A DNA stretch of 63,861 nt, the filler included, from Octopus bimaculoides (Eukaryota): the NCBI RefSeq assembly GCF_001194135.2. It is 8 parts of 8 records of this genome, joined end to end, with 100 filler letters (N's around TTAATTAATTAA, not from the genome) between each part and the next. Parts side by side here need not be neighbours in the genome. Positions count along the whole stretch, not along the records: positions 1 to 17,296 come from NC_068993.1; positions 17,397 to 22,413 come from NC_068990.1; positions 22,514 to 28,560 come from NC_069000.1; 5 more parts are not named here. One strand, written 5' to 3'. Positions 14,081-25,804 of this stretch are shown here, in pieces (positions within the stretch are counted from its first letter, which is position 1; each line of letters starts with the position of its first letter). Under the pieces are notes generated by a model. The model was given only the letters and a program-made list of their open reading frames with translations, did not search any database and was not told the DNA's origin. The position numbers were made by a program, and so were the translations under genes.

Positions 14081-14342
14081 CATGCTGTCCTAAATGTCTT
14101 TTTATCTTTTACTTGCTTCAGTTATTGGACTGCGGCCATGCTGGAGTACTTTATTTTTTAAAGGCTGGTACTTACTTTATAGGTTCTCTTTTGATAAACC
14201 GCTAAGCTATGGGAATGCATACAAACCAAAAACAATTGTCAACCGTTTGGTGGGAGGCAAACGCAAAGACACACTCTCACACACAGACGCACGCACACAC
14301 ATTCAGGCATGCACGCACACACACAGACGCACCCCTACCACG

Positions 14343-14410
<68 letters not shown>

Positions 14411-14897
14411 ATATATATATATATATATATNNNNNNNNNNNNNNNNNNNNNNNNNNNNNNNNNNNNNNNNNNNNNNNNNNNNNNNNNNNNNNNNNNNNNN
14501 NNNNNNNNNNNNNNNNNNNNNNNNNNNNNNNNNNNNNNNNNNNNNNNNNNNNNNNNNNNNNNNNNNNNNNNNNNNNNNNNNNNNNNNNNNNNNNNNNNNN
14601 NNNNNNNNNNNNNNNNNNNNNNNNNNNNNNNNNNNNNNNNNNNNNNNNNNNNNNNNNNNNNNTATATATATGTATATATATATATATATTCGGATGTATT
14701 TGCCGTAAACAAAATATATGTGGCGTGCTCCAGCATGGTCACAGTCTAATTACTGAAACGAGGAGAAGATAAGACACCTTTGTGGTTGCTTTTATTGTTG
14801 TGGTCGTTATCACTTTTCACGTTGTCTTGATACTATTGTTTTGTCATCGTCGTTGTTGTTGTTGTTGTTGTGGTTGTTTTGTTATCGTCGTCCTTGC

Positions 14898-15103
14898 GGT
14901 TACTCGTGTGCTCTCATCCACCCCGTCGAAGGAATGTGACCCGAGTCACCGAGGACGGAGCACGCAACAGGACGACATCCGTCGGTACATTAACCCCACG
15001 CCCTCTCGCCTTTCACGAAACCTGCACGCGACGACGAAGAGACTACAAGTATAACATTCTGGGTGGGGTCAAAACTATATACACAACGGTGAGCACCAGG
15101 AAT
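14898..15103 (+). repeat. ~205-bp dispersed GC-rich repeat, partner of 4553-4757
   Basis: See 4553-4757. Confidence 0.9.
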
Positions 15104-15429
15104 CTCTCTCTCTCTCTTACCCTTTACTCCTACCTCTCTACCTCTTTCCCCTCTCACCCTCTTGTATCTCTCTCTCTCTCTCTTTCCTACGTTTCTTTCT
15201 CTCTTTCTCTACAAACCTTGAGGTTTCGATCTACCATAAACCGGGTTCGATTCTAATCCGAAATCTCGAATTTAGTAACATAAATCATAAAATATTTCGG
15301 TTGAGTTATTTAAAGAACGCACGGCATAGCAAAATTAGAGGCAATGGTCATGATTTCGATCCCTGCTTGAAGCTAATATTTTTAGAAAATCACATTTAGT
15401 GACGGTTATAATAAAAATTGTTGTTTGTT

Positions 15430-15695
15430 CCTTCTCGAGCCATGACTGGCTCTTAAGGGTCGGTTTCCCGGTTTCATTGGCGTATAGGCTCCCCCACTCG
15501 GACGGGACGCCGGTCCGTTGCAGATGTGCTGCTAGATACCGGAGGAATGAATGAGAGAAAGTTGTGGCGAAAGAGTCAACAGAAATTCGCCATTACCTTC
15601 TGCCAGAGTCTCGTGGAATTTAGGTGTTTCGTTTATAAACACACACATCACCCGGTCTGAGATTCGACCCTGCGATCTCTCGACCGCGAGTCCGC
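15430..15695 (-). mobile_element. Diverged SINE of the same subfamily as 53490-53775
   Basis: Reverse-complement similarity across head remnant, gagagaaagttg core and tail. Confidence 0.65.
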
Positions 15696-16249
15696 AAATG
15701 GAAAGAGTGTTTGAGCCTTATTTATAATGTTATCCTTTGACTAAGCAAGGCGATCTAAGTTTGACATTATACAGGCTGAACTATCTATTTACCTTTCTTC
15801 ATGTCAATATTACGAGTTCTGAAGGCGGTGAGCAGGCAGAATTGTGAGCACACAGGACAAAGAGCTTAGCGGTATTTCGTCTGGCTTTACGTTCTGAGTT
15901 CAAATTCCATCGAGGTTGACTTTGCCTTTCATCTTTCCGGGGTCGATAAAATAAGTACCGGTTGAACGCTGAAGGCAGCGAGCTGGTAGGATAGTTAGCA
16001 CGCCGGGCAAAGTGCTTAGCGGTATTTCAACTGGCTTTACGTTCTGAGATCATATTCTGCCGAGAATTACTTTGACTTTCAGAGTCGATTAAAATAAATT
16101 CAAGTTGAGTGCTAGGGTCGACGAAATCGAAATTACTGTCCTTGCGCCCAAATTTGAAACCAATATCAAGAGTTCAGGATTAAATGCTGCAATGTTCGCA
16201 ACACAACTGAAAAAACAAAATACTACATAATATATTTTCATATACTGAA

Positions 16250-16707
16250 ATAAGAGAACATGGAATCAGCGTCGGAGTAGTAGAAAGTGTTTCAATCTTC
16301 TGGACTAATTTCAAAAGACGGCTTGAGATTTATCAAAATTATGTTCTGGAAATAGGGAAAAAAGAATATATGAAACTCTTTTTGATTTGATAACAGGAAA
16401 AGCATTCGATACTTTTTCCTTCAAATTTGAGTTAATCCATTTACAATCGGATAATGTTTTGATATCTCTTTATATTGTCATGTACAAAGATACTGAAAAA
16501 TATCCACGTTTGAAGAATCATCTACAGAGAATTGCTTCACCGTTTTCTCCTACTTACAGATTTAAACACTTTTTCCTAACTTTAAATTTAGCAAAGAACA
16601 ATTTGCATGTCAGACTCAGTGATAGTAATCTTGGAAACCAAATAAAAATTACTGCATCATCAATCCTATCTAAAATCTCCAAGTTTTTCAAAACAAATCA
16701 CGACTAA
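16250..16707 (+). mobile_element. hAT (Charlie/SPIN-like) transposase C-terminal dimerisation-domain remnant
   Basis: FELIHLQSD..KYPRLKNHLQRIASPFSPTY..LNLAKNNLHVRLSDSNL resembles the ELI.LQ.D / YP.L / F.STY.CE..FS / K...R.RL.D..L pattern. Confidence 0.75.
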
Positions 16708-17769
16708 CGTTCTCATTAAGATGTGTAAAAAGTTTTATTGAATTTAAAACATTATACTCTATGGCGCCTTTACTGTTTCGGCATTTTAAGCATTATAACT
16801 ATTTGGTTAATTAATTAATGCATTATATCATTTTAATCAATATTGTCTAATGCGATCGCGTGCATTCTTATGAATTTGTAAAATCAAAGAATCATTATTT
16901 TCTTTTCAGCACAAGATGTAGTCCAATAGATTTCTATACACTTAAAAATGTTTCTATACACTTACAAAGGTTTCTCACTCCTGGCAAAGAAGGTCTCTCC
17001 CCAGAGGACCATTGCAGCGACACTTGGGAAGTTTCCCTTTATCTCAGACCGGGAATTTCTTCGTTCAGTCTTAAAGAATGAGATATATTCTTGTGTTGTT
17101 ATTATTGTTGCTGTTGTTGTTAATGTTGTAGTTGTTGGTGTTTAGCATTCAGGCCTACTCCCGAACAAACAGTTTTAGGATCAAAGATGTTTTTGCGATG
17201 ACCATTATTCCTCTTACATATATATATATATATGCATGTATGTATGTATGTATGTATGTATGTATGTATGTTTATATATATATATATATATATATANNNN
17301 NNNNNNNNNNNNNNNNNNNNNNNNNNNNNNNNNNNNNNNNTTAATTAATTAANNNNNNNNNNNNNNNNNNNNNNNNNNNNNNNNNNNNNNNNNNNNATAT
17401 ACACAGCTTGAATGTATTAGGGTGTATTTTTAGTATGCGTGAGTGTGGACTGTATGCATGTATACGTATAAGTAGGTTTATAAGTATATATGCGTGTATG
17501 CGTATGCGTGCGCGCGTGGTAGTGTGCTTTTGAGTGTAAGCGTGTACTTCTATATATTTATGTACATATGTATATCAGTACGCATGCAAGTATACTTATA
17601 TGCATACATCCATATCATATACGAACACAGGAAATTAAATTTACGTTTGCAGTTCTAAATATTCTGTTCTAAATATTCTTTTGTTCTTCCAGTCCATTAA
17701 CATGTCACTCAGATTACCAACATAATGGAAGCCGGCGCTTAGTTGTGGTATTCAATTTTCTGAATTTCT

Positions 17770-17981
17770 TCAGTTTCTGGCTGTTTGATCCAATTTTTTT
17801 TTCATTGACATCAATCTGATATCATTCCTAGATGGCAACACAGTCACTGAAGTCGTTTCTTCGTCTTGAACAAAGCGGCTATTCTTTGCTCTGTGTTGGA
17901 ATACACTAAAGATCATGTAAATCCAGGGATTAGTACAGCTGTTGAGGGACGAGAGTAGTAATAATATGGTATAGATTGCAC
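17770..17981 (-). CDS. CTR1: Terminal coding exon (TM7, helix 8, C-tail) of an oxytocin/vasopressin-family GPCR, cephalotocin receptor 1-like
   Basis: Minus strand: acceptor tttttag at 17983-17982, phase 1, then (G)AIYTILLLLSSLNSCTNPWIYMIFSVFQHRAKNSRFVQDEETTSVTVLPSRNDIRLMSMKKKLDQTARN* (TGA at 17772-17770). LNSCxNPWIY is the OT/VP-receptor TM7 signature, and the intron falls at the family's conserved TM6/TM7 position. The tail closely matches the O. vulgaris CTR1 C-terminus as I recall it (..RLMSMKKKLEQTARN). Confidence 0.93.
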
Positions 17982-18048
17982 CTAAAAAATATTAAGGAAA
18001 CAGTTAATTAATGAAATATGCGTTTAGTAAACATTGTTAAATACATTC

Positions 18049-18096
<48 letters not shown>

Positions 18097-19601
18097 NNNN
18101 NNNNNNNNNNNNNNNNNNNNNNNNNNNNNNNNNNNNNNNNNNNNNNNNNNNNNNNNNNNNNNNNNNNNNNNNNNNNNNNNNNNNNNNNNNNNNNNNNNNN
18201 NNNNNNNNNNNNNNNNNNNNNNNNNNNNNNNNNNNNNNNNNNNNNNNNNNNNNNNNNNNNNNNNNNNNNNNNNNNNNNNNNNNNNNNNNNNNNNNNNNNN
18301 NNNNNNNNNNNNNNNNNNNNNNNNNNNNNNNNNNNNNNNNNNNNNNNNNNNNNNNNNNNNNNNNNNNNNNNNNNNNNNNNNNNNNNNNNNNNNNNNNNNN
18401 NNNNNNNNNNNNNNNNNNNNNNNNNNNNNNNNNNNNNNNNNNNNNNNNNNNNNNNNNNNNNNNNNNNNNNNNNNNNNNNNNNNNNNNNNNNATCATAAGA
18501 TAAAGATAATAAAATGACTACACGTGTTTCATAACTAATTTTCAAATAGAAAGGAAATTTAAATCGATTAAAATCAATTAAAATTATCGAAAATAAATTC
18601 TATTCAAAAATACAGCTAATCGTCAGGTCTTAAATAGAACAATAATTATAATAAATAAATATATATATCAACCAACAATAAGTACCAAATGAATTTATAT
18701 AAAATACTTATAGAAAAATTATTAAAAATATCAAAATAATAAACATTCCATAATCATCCCTACATGAGTGTGTGTGTGTGTGCGTGCGTGCGCACGCGCG
18801 TATGTTTAAGTAGGAAGAGAGAGGGAACGGGAAACTATTTATGTGTTCCGTCTTTTTACATACAAACAGAAACGCACACACACACATATACACATACGCA
18901 TATATATATTCTTCTGTTCCTCTGCCTCTCTCTCTTCTCTTCCCACATGACCGGCGTTCAGCCAAGCCTGATTTTTCTTTCTTGGCCGGCCGTCGTCCGT
19001 GCGACATCGATATTCCTCCCTGTGCCTGTGAAATCTTGTATCCCTGCCGTAAGGTTTTATTTCCACACACGCCAGCTTAATTTAATTCGTCCTTAGTCGA
19101 AAGACACCTGTTGTTACGTCCTGTTATAATCATTATATTGTATTTGTGTAACATTCTCCGTTTTTTCCGTCCTTGTTTTCGTATACATTCGCTGCTTTCT
19201 TCCAAGGAATCTCATGTTCTTAGCTTAGTTTTTTTCTTGGGGCTGGCCAGATTGGAGCAATCTCGATTATAGTCAGCCGAAATTGCGAAGATAATCTGGT
19301 ACTCGACTGAGGAAAGAAAACTCAGAATGACCCGTCCTTGTTTTCTTTGTATCGTCTATCTGGATGTTTTGTTGTCCCATTTTTGTATCNNNNNNNNNNN
19401 NNNNNNNNNNNNNNNNNNNNNNNNNNNNNNNNNNNNNNNNNNNNNNNNNNNNNNNNNNNNNNNNNNNNNNNNNNNNNNNNNNNNNNNNNNNNNNNNNNNN
19501 NNNNNNNNNNNNNNNNNNNNNNNNNNNNNNNNNNNNNNNNNNNNNNNNNNNNNNNNNNNNNNNNNNNNNNNNNNNNNNNNNNNNNATATATATATATATA
19601 T

Positions 19602-20942
19602 ACTAGCAGTATAACCCGACGTTGTCCGGGTGTGACTTATTACGCCATCTACGATAAGTCTTGCTAGGTGAAAATCAAATAAAAAAGAAAGCCTTACAAC
19701 GAAAAAGACCCTATGATGTAAATATGTTCATAATTCAAAGGACGATGAAATTAATAGGGAAAGTCTGAAGGCTGTTTTGCGTATTATTATTAAGTGTACG
19801 TAAATTTCATCCGTCTAATTGGCTATAGAAATGCTTGTGCAAAACAACTTTTTGCCCTGCCTTGATTATACATAGCAGGGTAATCCCTTTTCGCAGGAGG
19901 TAAGACGGCAATTTCTGATGAAGCAATTGCTGGCGATCTGTTGCTACACAGTTTTGCCAGAATTCTATCAGATTGGGCAGTAGATGTTGATGCACCATTT
20001 TGTATTATGTTCAAAGTAGCTTCTGGAATGTGGTGAATTGCTGCAGTTTGTTGCTGTCTTTTTAAACCGGTTGCTTTCTTTCCCCAGTAAGCTCTCTTCT
20101 TTGTAATGAAGTTCACTGATTTGCAATGTGTTGTCTATAAGCTCCGTAGTTTGTATATTTACAAAACATTGACGAACATGAGTTATATTGCAGTGAATGC
20201 TTGTGTGTACGTGCGCGTGTGTGCGTTTGAGAGAGCAAGAGAAAATAGGGAGAGAGGAAAAGAGAGAGAGAGTGGGAAAAGGAATAGAGAACAGGAGCAA
20301 TGAAGAGAGAGAAAGAGAGGAAGGAAGAACGGAAGACAGTTATAAACTAGCAATGCGTGCGCGTGTTTATATAAGAAACAAACAGAAAGTAAATCTTATA
20401 TCTATAATGTTGATCTTTGTATGTGTTTCTGTGTATGTTGTTGTCACAGATCACATATGTGTGGTTGTGTGTGTTTCTACGTTTCTATGTTATGAAAATA
20501 TGTTAGAGGTAGAGGGGTAGAAGAAAGCTATTAAATGGGAGAGATGAAGAACGAAGTAAGAGTGAAAAGGTAGAAGGAAAGAATAGTCTTAAAGCAAGTT
20601 AATCTATGACTTTGTATGAATCACTTTCTCTCTCTCTCTCTCTCTCCCTTCCTATTTTACTGTTACCCTCTATATTATATGTTGAGCGCGTGATCGATGT
20701 GTAAGAACGCCGATGCAGGTAGAAGGGAAGAAATATAAAAGTTGCTAGAAGCAACAGCCAAATCTCCCTTAAATCATACAAAGTAAACGGAATTTTAAAA
20801 AATCTAATTACTGCACTGGAAAGTTCACATCGAGAAAATTGCATTGATGTAAAAAGTTTTACGAAAAAGTGGAAAATGTTGATTTCTATAAACTTTTAAA
20901 AAGCTTCACACAGATACACAACTTCAGCATTATATATTAAGA
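19602..20942. mobile_element. Helitron/Helentron-derived non-autonomous element with degraded helicase fragment
   Basis: Starts actagcagtataacccgacgttgtccggg and ends acacagatacacaacttcagcattatatattaagat. Minus-strand LLCIIKAGQK..HFYSQLD at ~19810-19890 resembles PIF1 FAMTINKAQGQ..FSHGQLYV. Confidence 0.5.
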
Positions 20943-21780
20943 TGGGCAACACACATACACACACACTAAATAAAAAATGACAGGTATTTGTATGTATGTG
21001 TGTATTAATGTGTATTGTGTCTCTATATACATATGGTAGTAAGTAAATGCGTTTTAAGAAAGATATTCCAAAAATTCAGTTTGTAGGGAATAAATGTTTA
21101 ACTGTCGATCGTATTTGGAAGAGAGTGACAGGTATTTGTATGTATGTGTTTATTTATATGTATGTGTACTTTTGTACGTATGTATGTATGAGTGTATATT
21201 CAAAAACATCTATATTTACACTTTAAAGTTGGTTTTCACACTAAACCCTGTTCTGCAGAATCAGTGTCGCGACGGGAGGTTTGTGCCCATCTTAATGTTC
21301 TGAGATTAAATTCCGCCGAAGTCGACTTTGTCTTTCATTCTTTCGGTGTGTAAAAAATAAGTACCAGTTGAACACAGGGTTCGATATAATCGACTATTGT
21401 CCANNNNNNNNNNNNNNNNNNNNNNNNNNNNNNNNNNNNNNNNNNNNNNNNNNNNNNNNNNNNNNNNNNNNNNNNNNNNNNNNNNNNNNNNNNNNNNNNN
21501 NNNNNNNNNNNNNNNNNNNNNNNNNNNNNNNNNNNNNNNNNNNNNNNNNNNNNNNNNNNNNNNNNNNNNNNNNNNNNCACCTGCCCCAATCCGCCCTTGT
21601 GGGAAAGATTGAAAATAATAATAATAGTAATAATAATAATGACCTCTGCCGATCAAACTCCCAACCCACAAGTAAGTCTTAAGTGTATATATATATATAT
21701 ATATATATGGGCAACACACACGCACGAAATAAAAAAATGTTAGTAAGTAAATGTGTTTTAAAAAAGATTGTTAAATTTTC

Positions 21781-21880
21781 AGATTAACACCCGCACGATT
21801 TTCAGTACAGTGTTAGGGTTAGGGTTTTAGGGTCAGGGTTAGGGTTAGGGTTAGGTAGGTAATCGTGCGGGTATTAATCT
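21781..21880. repeat. 20-bp inverted repeat enclosing (TTAGGG)-like repeats
   Basis: agattaacacccgcacgatt / aatcgtgcgggtattaatct (1 mismatch) around gttagggttagggttttagggtcagggttagggttagggttagg. Confidence 0.9.
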
Positions 21881-22513
21881 CAAGATTTACGAAAAGATTT
21901 CAAAAAAACTCACAGTTTGTAGGGAATAAATGTTTGTCGATCGTATTTGAGAAACATGTGTGGCTATTTTTTTTTGTTGAAGGACAGAGTTCAAAATATG
22001 AAAATGAAACCATTAAAGTGAAAGTATCTGTCATTACAGTATGGAAATGTGATTGTTTCAGTTTTGATACTGAAAGAGTTTTCTTTTACTGTCAGTGTTT
22101 TTCCTTCTTTTTGTATTTGCTGTTGGATCGTTCGTAAAGGTTCATAAGAGAAAGTATGAGTTGAAAGGATTTGTAAAGGTAGTAGTAAGAGGAAATTAGA
22201 TTCTATTAGGGGGGAAAATGTTATTTTGTGTGGTGTAATGGATTTTATTCGTAATTTTGTGTTATTTTGACGGAAAAAATGACGCTGTGACCTAAGGTAT
22301 GGTATTTAGAATATTAATTCCGATTCTTTCATTCAAGAAATTTGGAATTGTGTAAATGTATGAATTTTCAACATACACAAACACACAGAGAAAAATCTGC
22401 CTTTTATAGATAANNNNNNNNNNNNNNNNNNNNNNNNNNNNNNNNNNNNNNNNNNNNTTAATTAATTAANNNNNNNNNNNNNNNNNNNNNNNNNNNNNNN
22501 NNNNNNNNNNNNN

Positions 22514-22775
22514 GAATGCTAAGCACGTCGGGCAGAATGCTTAGCACGTCGGGCAGAATGCTTAGCACGGTGGGCAGAATGCTTAGCACGTCGGGCAGAA
22601 CGCTTAGCACGTCGGGCAGAATGCTAAGCACGTCGGGCAGAATGCTTAACGACAAATTCCGACAAGGCTGACTTTGCCTTTCATCCTTTCGGGGTTGATA
22701 AAATAAGTACCAGTTGAGCACTGATTTCGATGTAATCAACTTACTCCGTCCCCCAGAATTACTGACCTAGTGCCA
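22514..22775 (+). mobile_element. SINE family B copy whose head is expanded into a 21-bp tandem array
   Basis: Six units of gaatgct(t/a)agcacgtcgggca plus a partial unit at 22514-22650, then the family B core. Confidence 0.8.
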
Positions 22776-22937
22776 AAATCTTTGGGGCTTTAACATAAGA
22801 CACTTCTTCAGGGTGCTCCGTCACACCGTGGGCTTGAACACGAAACCACGAGAATTGCAAAACGAGCATCTTAATCACTCATCCATGCCTACGCTTATTT
22901 GTACATTTTAGTAACTCTTTTTACGTTTATTTTCCAG

Positions 22938-23037
22938 GCTGGCATGTATATTCTGTACCTACTTGATACTTCAGTCGGTGGATTCCCGCTCTTGTCCCTT
23001 GGTCTTACAGAATGCCTTATCATATGCTATATATACG
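22938..23037 (+). CDS. SLC6 (neurotransmitter:sodium symporter) transporter, TM10 exon, 100 bp
   Basis: ttttccag|GCT GGC ATG...TAC G|gtaagt; translates AGMYILYLLDTSVGGFPLLSLGLTECLIICYIY(G), matching the SLC6 TM10 pattern GGMY..L.D......E....IYG; phase 0 in, phase 1 out. Confidence 0.92.
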
Positions 23038-23232
23038 GTAAGTATATCACACACCCGACGGCGTGTGACCAAGTGGTTTGGGTACAGGACTCACGATCGC
23101 GAGATCGTTAGTTCGATTCCTGGATCGAGTGGTGCGTTGTGTTCTTGAGCAAAACATTTCATTTCACATTGCTCTGTGACGTGTGGCACACCGTGCACCT
23201 GTTCAGGCAACGTCGATTCTTTTCTTTTCTAG

Positions 23233-23430
23233 GCACAAGGCCAGAAATTTTGTGAGAGGGTGCCAGTTGATTAGATCGACCCCAGTACACAACTGGTACT
23301 TAATTTATCGACCCCGAAAGAATGAAACGCAAAGTCGACCTCGACGGAATTTGAACTCAGAACGTAAAGACAGACGAAATACTGCTAAGCATTTCGCCTG
23401 GCGTGCTTAACGTTTCTGCCAGTTCGCCAT
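23233..23430 (-). mobile_element. SINE family B copy
   Basis: Reverse-complement match to the family B head and core. Confidence 0.85.
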
Positions 23431-23923
23431 CAATTGATGGAGGGACTGAGCCAAAGTGTGACACGTACGTTTGATCACTAAAACCAAATCATTTTTACAT
23501 GTTGTTCAGCGAGAACTTCCAGGACCGTCTTTCTCGTACTACGAGAGACTACTATCACCAATCAAGTACTTTAGTCGATGCAATTACTGNNNNNNNNNNN
23601 NNNNNNNNNNNNNNNNNNNNNNNNNNNNNNNNNNNNNNNNNNNNNNNNNNNNNNNNNNNNNNNNNNNNNNNNNNNNNNNNNNNNNNNNNNNNNNNNNNNN
23701 NNNNNNNNNNNNNNNNNNNNNNNNNNNNNNNNNNNNNNNNNNNNNNNNNNNNNNNNNNNNNNNNNNNNNNNNNNNNNNNNNGTATGGCCGCAGTCTAATG
23801 ACTGAAACAGATAGAAGATGAAAAATACAATCGTGTCTGCACCCAAGCATTGATACGCATTAAAAAAAAGCTAATAGTTCCCAATACTAACTCTTGTTGT
23901 TTTGTCACTTTGTTTAACTTCAG

Positions 23924-24024
23924 GTTACAAAAGATTAGCAGACGATATTCAAATGATGATTGGAAAAAAGCCGTCAATTTATTGGAGAATATGTTGGTGT
24001 TTCTTCACTCCTTTTATCTTGTTT
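23924..24024 (+). CDS. SLC6 transporter, TM11 exon, 101 bp
   Basis: ttaacttcag|GT TAC AAA...TTG TTT|gtgagt; (G)YKRLADDIQMMIGKKPSIYWRICWCFFTPFILF matches the SLC6 motif DDI..MIG..P..YW..CW....P; phase 1 in (fits previous exon), phase 0 out. Confidence 0.93.
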
Positions 24025-24316
24025 GTGAGTATTTTCTCTTTCACATTATTTTTTTTGCATCTAAACTTCTGATGGATCTCTTTCGTAACTCAATGAGTTA
24101 TGGTGATAGCATTACAAATTTTCGTCTACATCAGTGGCCCCCAATACCCCAATATTTGATCACTGCGACCAACCCAGGATATGTAGGACAAAATATCCCA
24201 GCAGGACTCCAACTCAAAACTGTGTGAGTTGAAGCTTAATGCAATTTTATTTGTAGTGTTGTATTGTCTGAGCCATAGATCTTATACAATTTATGCCAAC
24301 TATTATATACAAAGAT

Positions 24317-24495
24317 CAGTGGTTCTCAAGTCATAACCTTTTTAATATCTGGGACAGATCCAAAACCTCGATTTTATTAGCGGGAAGCCGCACCAAAAAG
24401 AAAGGAAAACACAAGGTAATTAAAGAACCATTTATTATATTCATAGGGAAAGACCGTCTGAGGGCTGCATGCAGCCCTGGGTTTGAGAACCGCTG
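24317..24495. mobile_element. hAT-type MITE
   Basis: Terminal inverted repeats cagtggttctcaa ... ttgagaaccgctg (13 bp, 1 mismatch). Confidence 0.75.
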
Positions 24496-25804
24496 GCACA
24501 GACACAAACAAATATCTGCGCCTCAAATGCATATACATACATATGCAGATGCACACATGCAAATATATACATGCATGCTAACACACATATACACACAGAC
24601 ACAAACACATGCGCAAAAACACATACGTGCCCATTCACACACATACACACAAACACAGGCACGCATAAGCGCACACATATGCATACAAACATTCACATAC
24701 AGACACATATACACTAACACGAGCACACGCATGCGTGCATATGCATACGCACACAGAGAAGGGGATATAGAGAGGAGGGGGAGAGAAGGGGATAGAGAGA
24801 GGATGGGGAGAGAAGGGGAAAGAGAGAGGAGGGGAGAGAGGGGGGAGAGAGAGGGGNNNNNNNNNNNNNNNNNNNNNNNNNNNNNNNNNNNNNNNNNNNN
24901 NNNNNNNNNNNNNNNNNNNNNNNNNNNNNNNNNNNNNNNNNNNNNNNNNNNNNAGAATATAATGAAAATATCTGAACAAATACCACATCTTCCATGCGAA
25001 TATAAAGAGTTAAAACGAATTTTAAAAATGCATTTACATTTCTCCCTCCCTATTTTCTTCTTTGTTTTAATAGTAACTGTACATCAAAAGAACGTAATCG
25101 ATTGATCGATTCCTGAATTGATTGGCTGCAAAATAAGAAGTGAGACATCATGACATGTGAAAAACTATCTGAAGTTTCGTGACAGAGATGAGATAGTAAC
25201 AATCGTTTTTGGCTTGAAATTTTTGCTTTGTGTTCTTTCGGCTGTGTTATTTTATTAACAGCAAAGCAAAAGGGAGCCACTATGAGGTTACTTGATCTAC
25301 TAGAAATAATAACCAAAATTTCTTTCGTATTACACGCCGTTGCTGCCTTCTTAAATAAAAGGATAGCGTTTCTCAAGTGAAAGATTGATAGAGTTGGATG
25401 ATATCAAAATAGACAGAGAACTGCCAGAACTCTTAGCACTTTGGACAAAATGCTTAGCGGCATTTAGTTCCGTCTTTGTACTCTGTGTTCAAATTCTACC
25501 GAAGTCGACTTTACCTTTCATCCTTTTGGGGTCAATTGCACACCGAGATTGATGTAATTGACTAACCCATGCTCACCCCACAAAATATTTCAGGCCTTGT
25601 GCTTATTACAGAAAAGATGTTGGTTTCAAATTTTGGCACAAGACTAGAAAGTGTGGGAAATGGTACCAGTCGATTACGTCGACCCCGGAATTCAACCGAT
25701 ACTTACTTTATCAACTCCGAAAAGAAAGGGATGAACGCAAAGTCGACACCGGCGACATTTGAACTCAGAACGTAAAGTCGGAAGAAACACTGCTAAGCAT
25801 TTTT

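Noticed and set aside
17341-17352. ttaattaattaa islands inside N runs (also 22458, 28605, 38414, 57941, 60524, 62706)
   Set aside because: An identical 12-mer with stops in all six frames, centred in ~100-nt gaps, is an assembly spacer rather than biology.
21812-21856. True telomere
   Set aside because: Only ~7 degenerate units, internal to the scaffold and enclosed by inverted repeats.
22514-22650. CRISPR-like array
   Set aside because: Head-to-tail 21-bp units without spacers, derived from a SINE, in a eukaryotic context.
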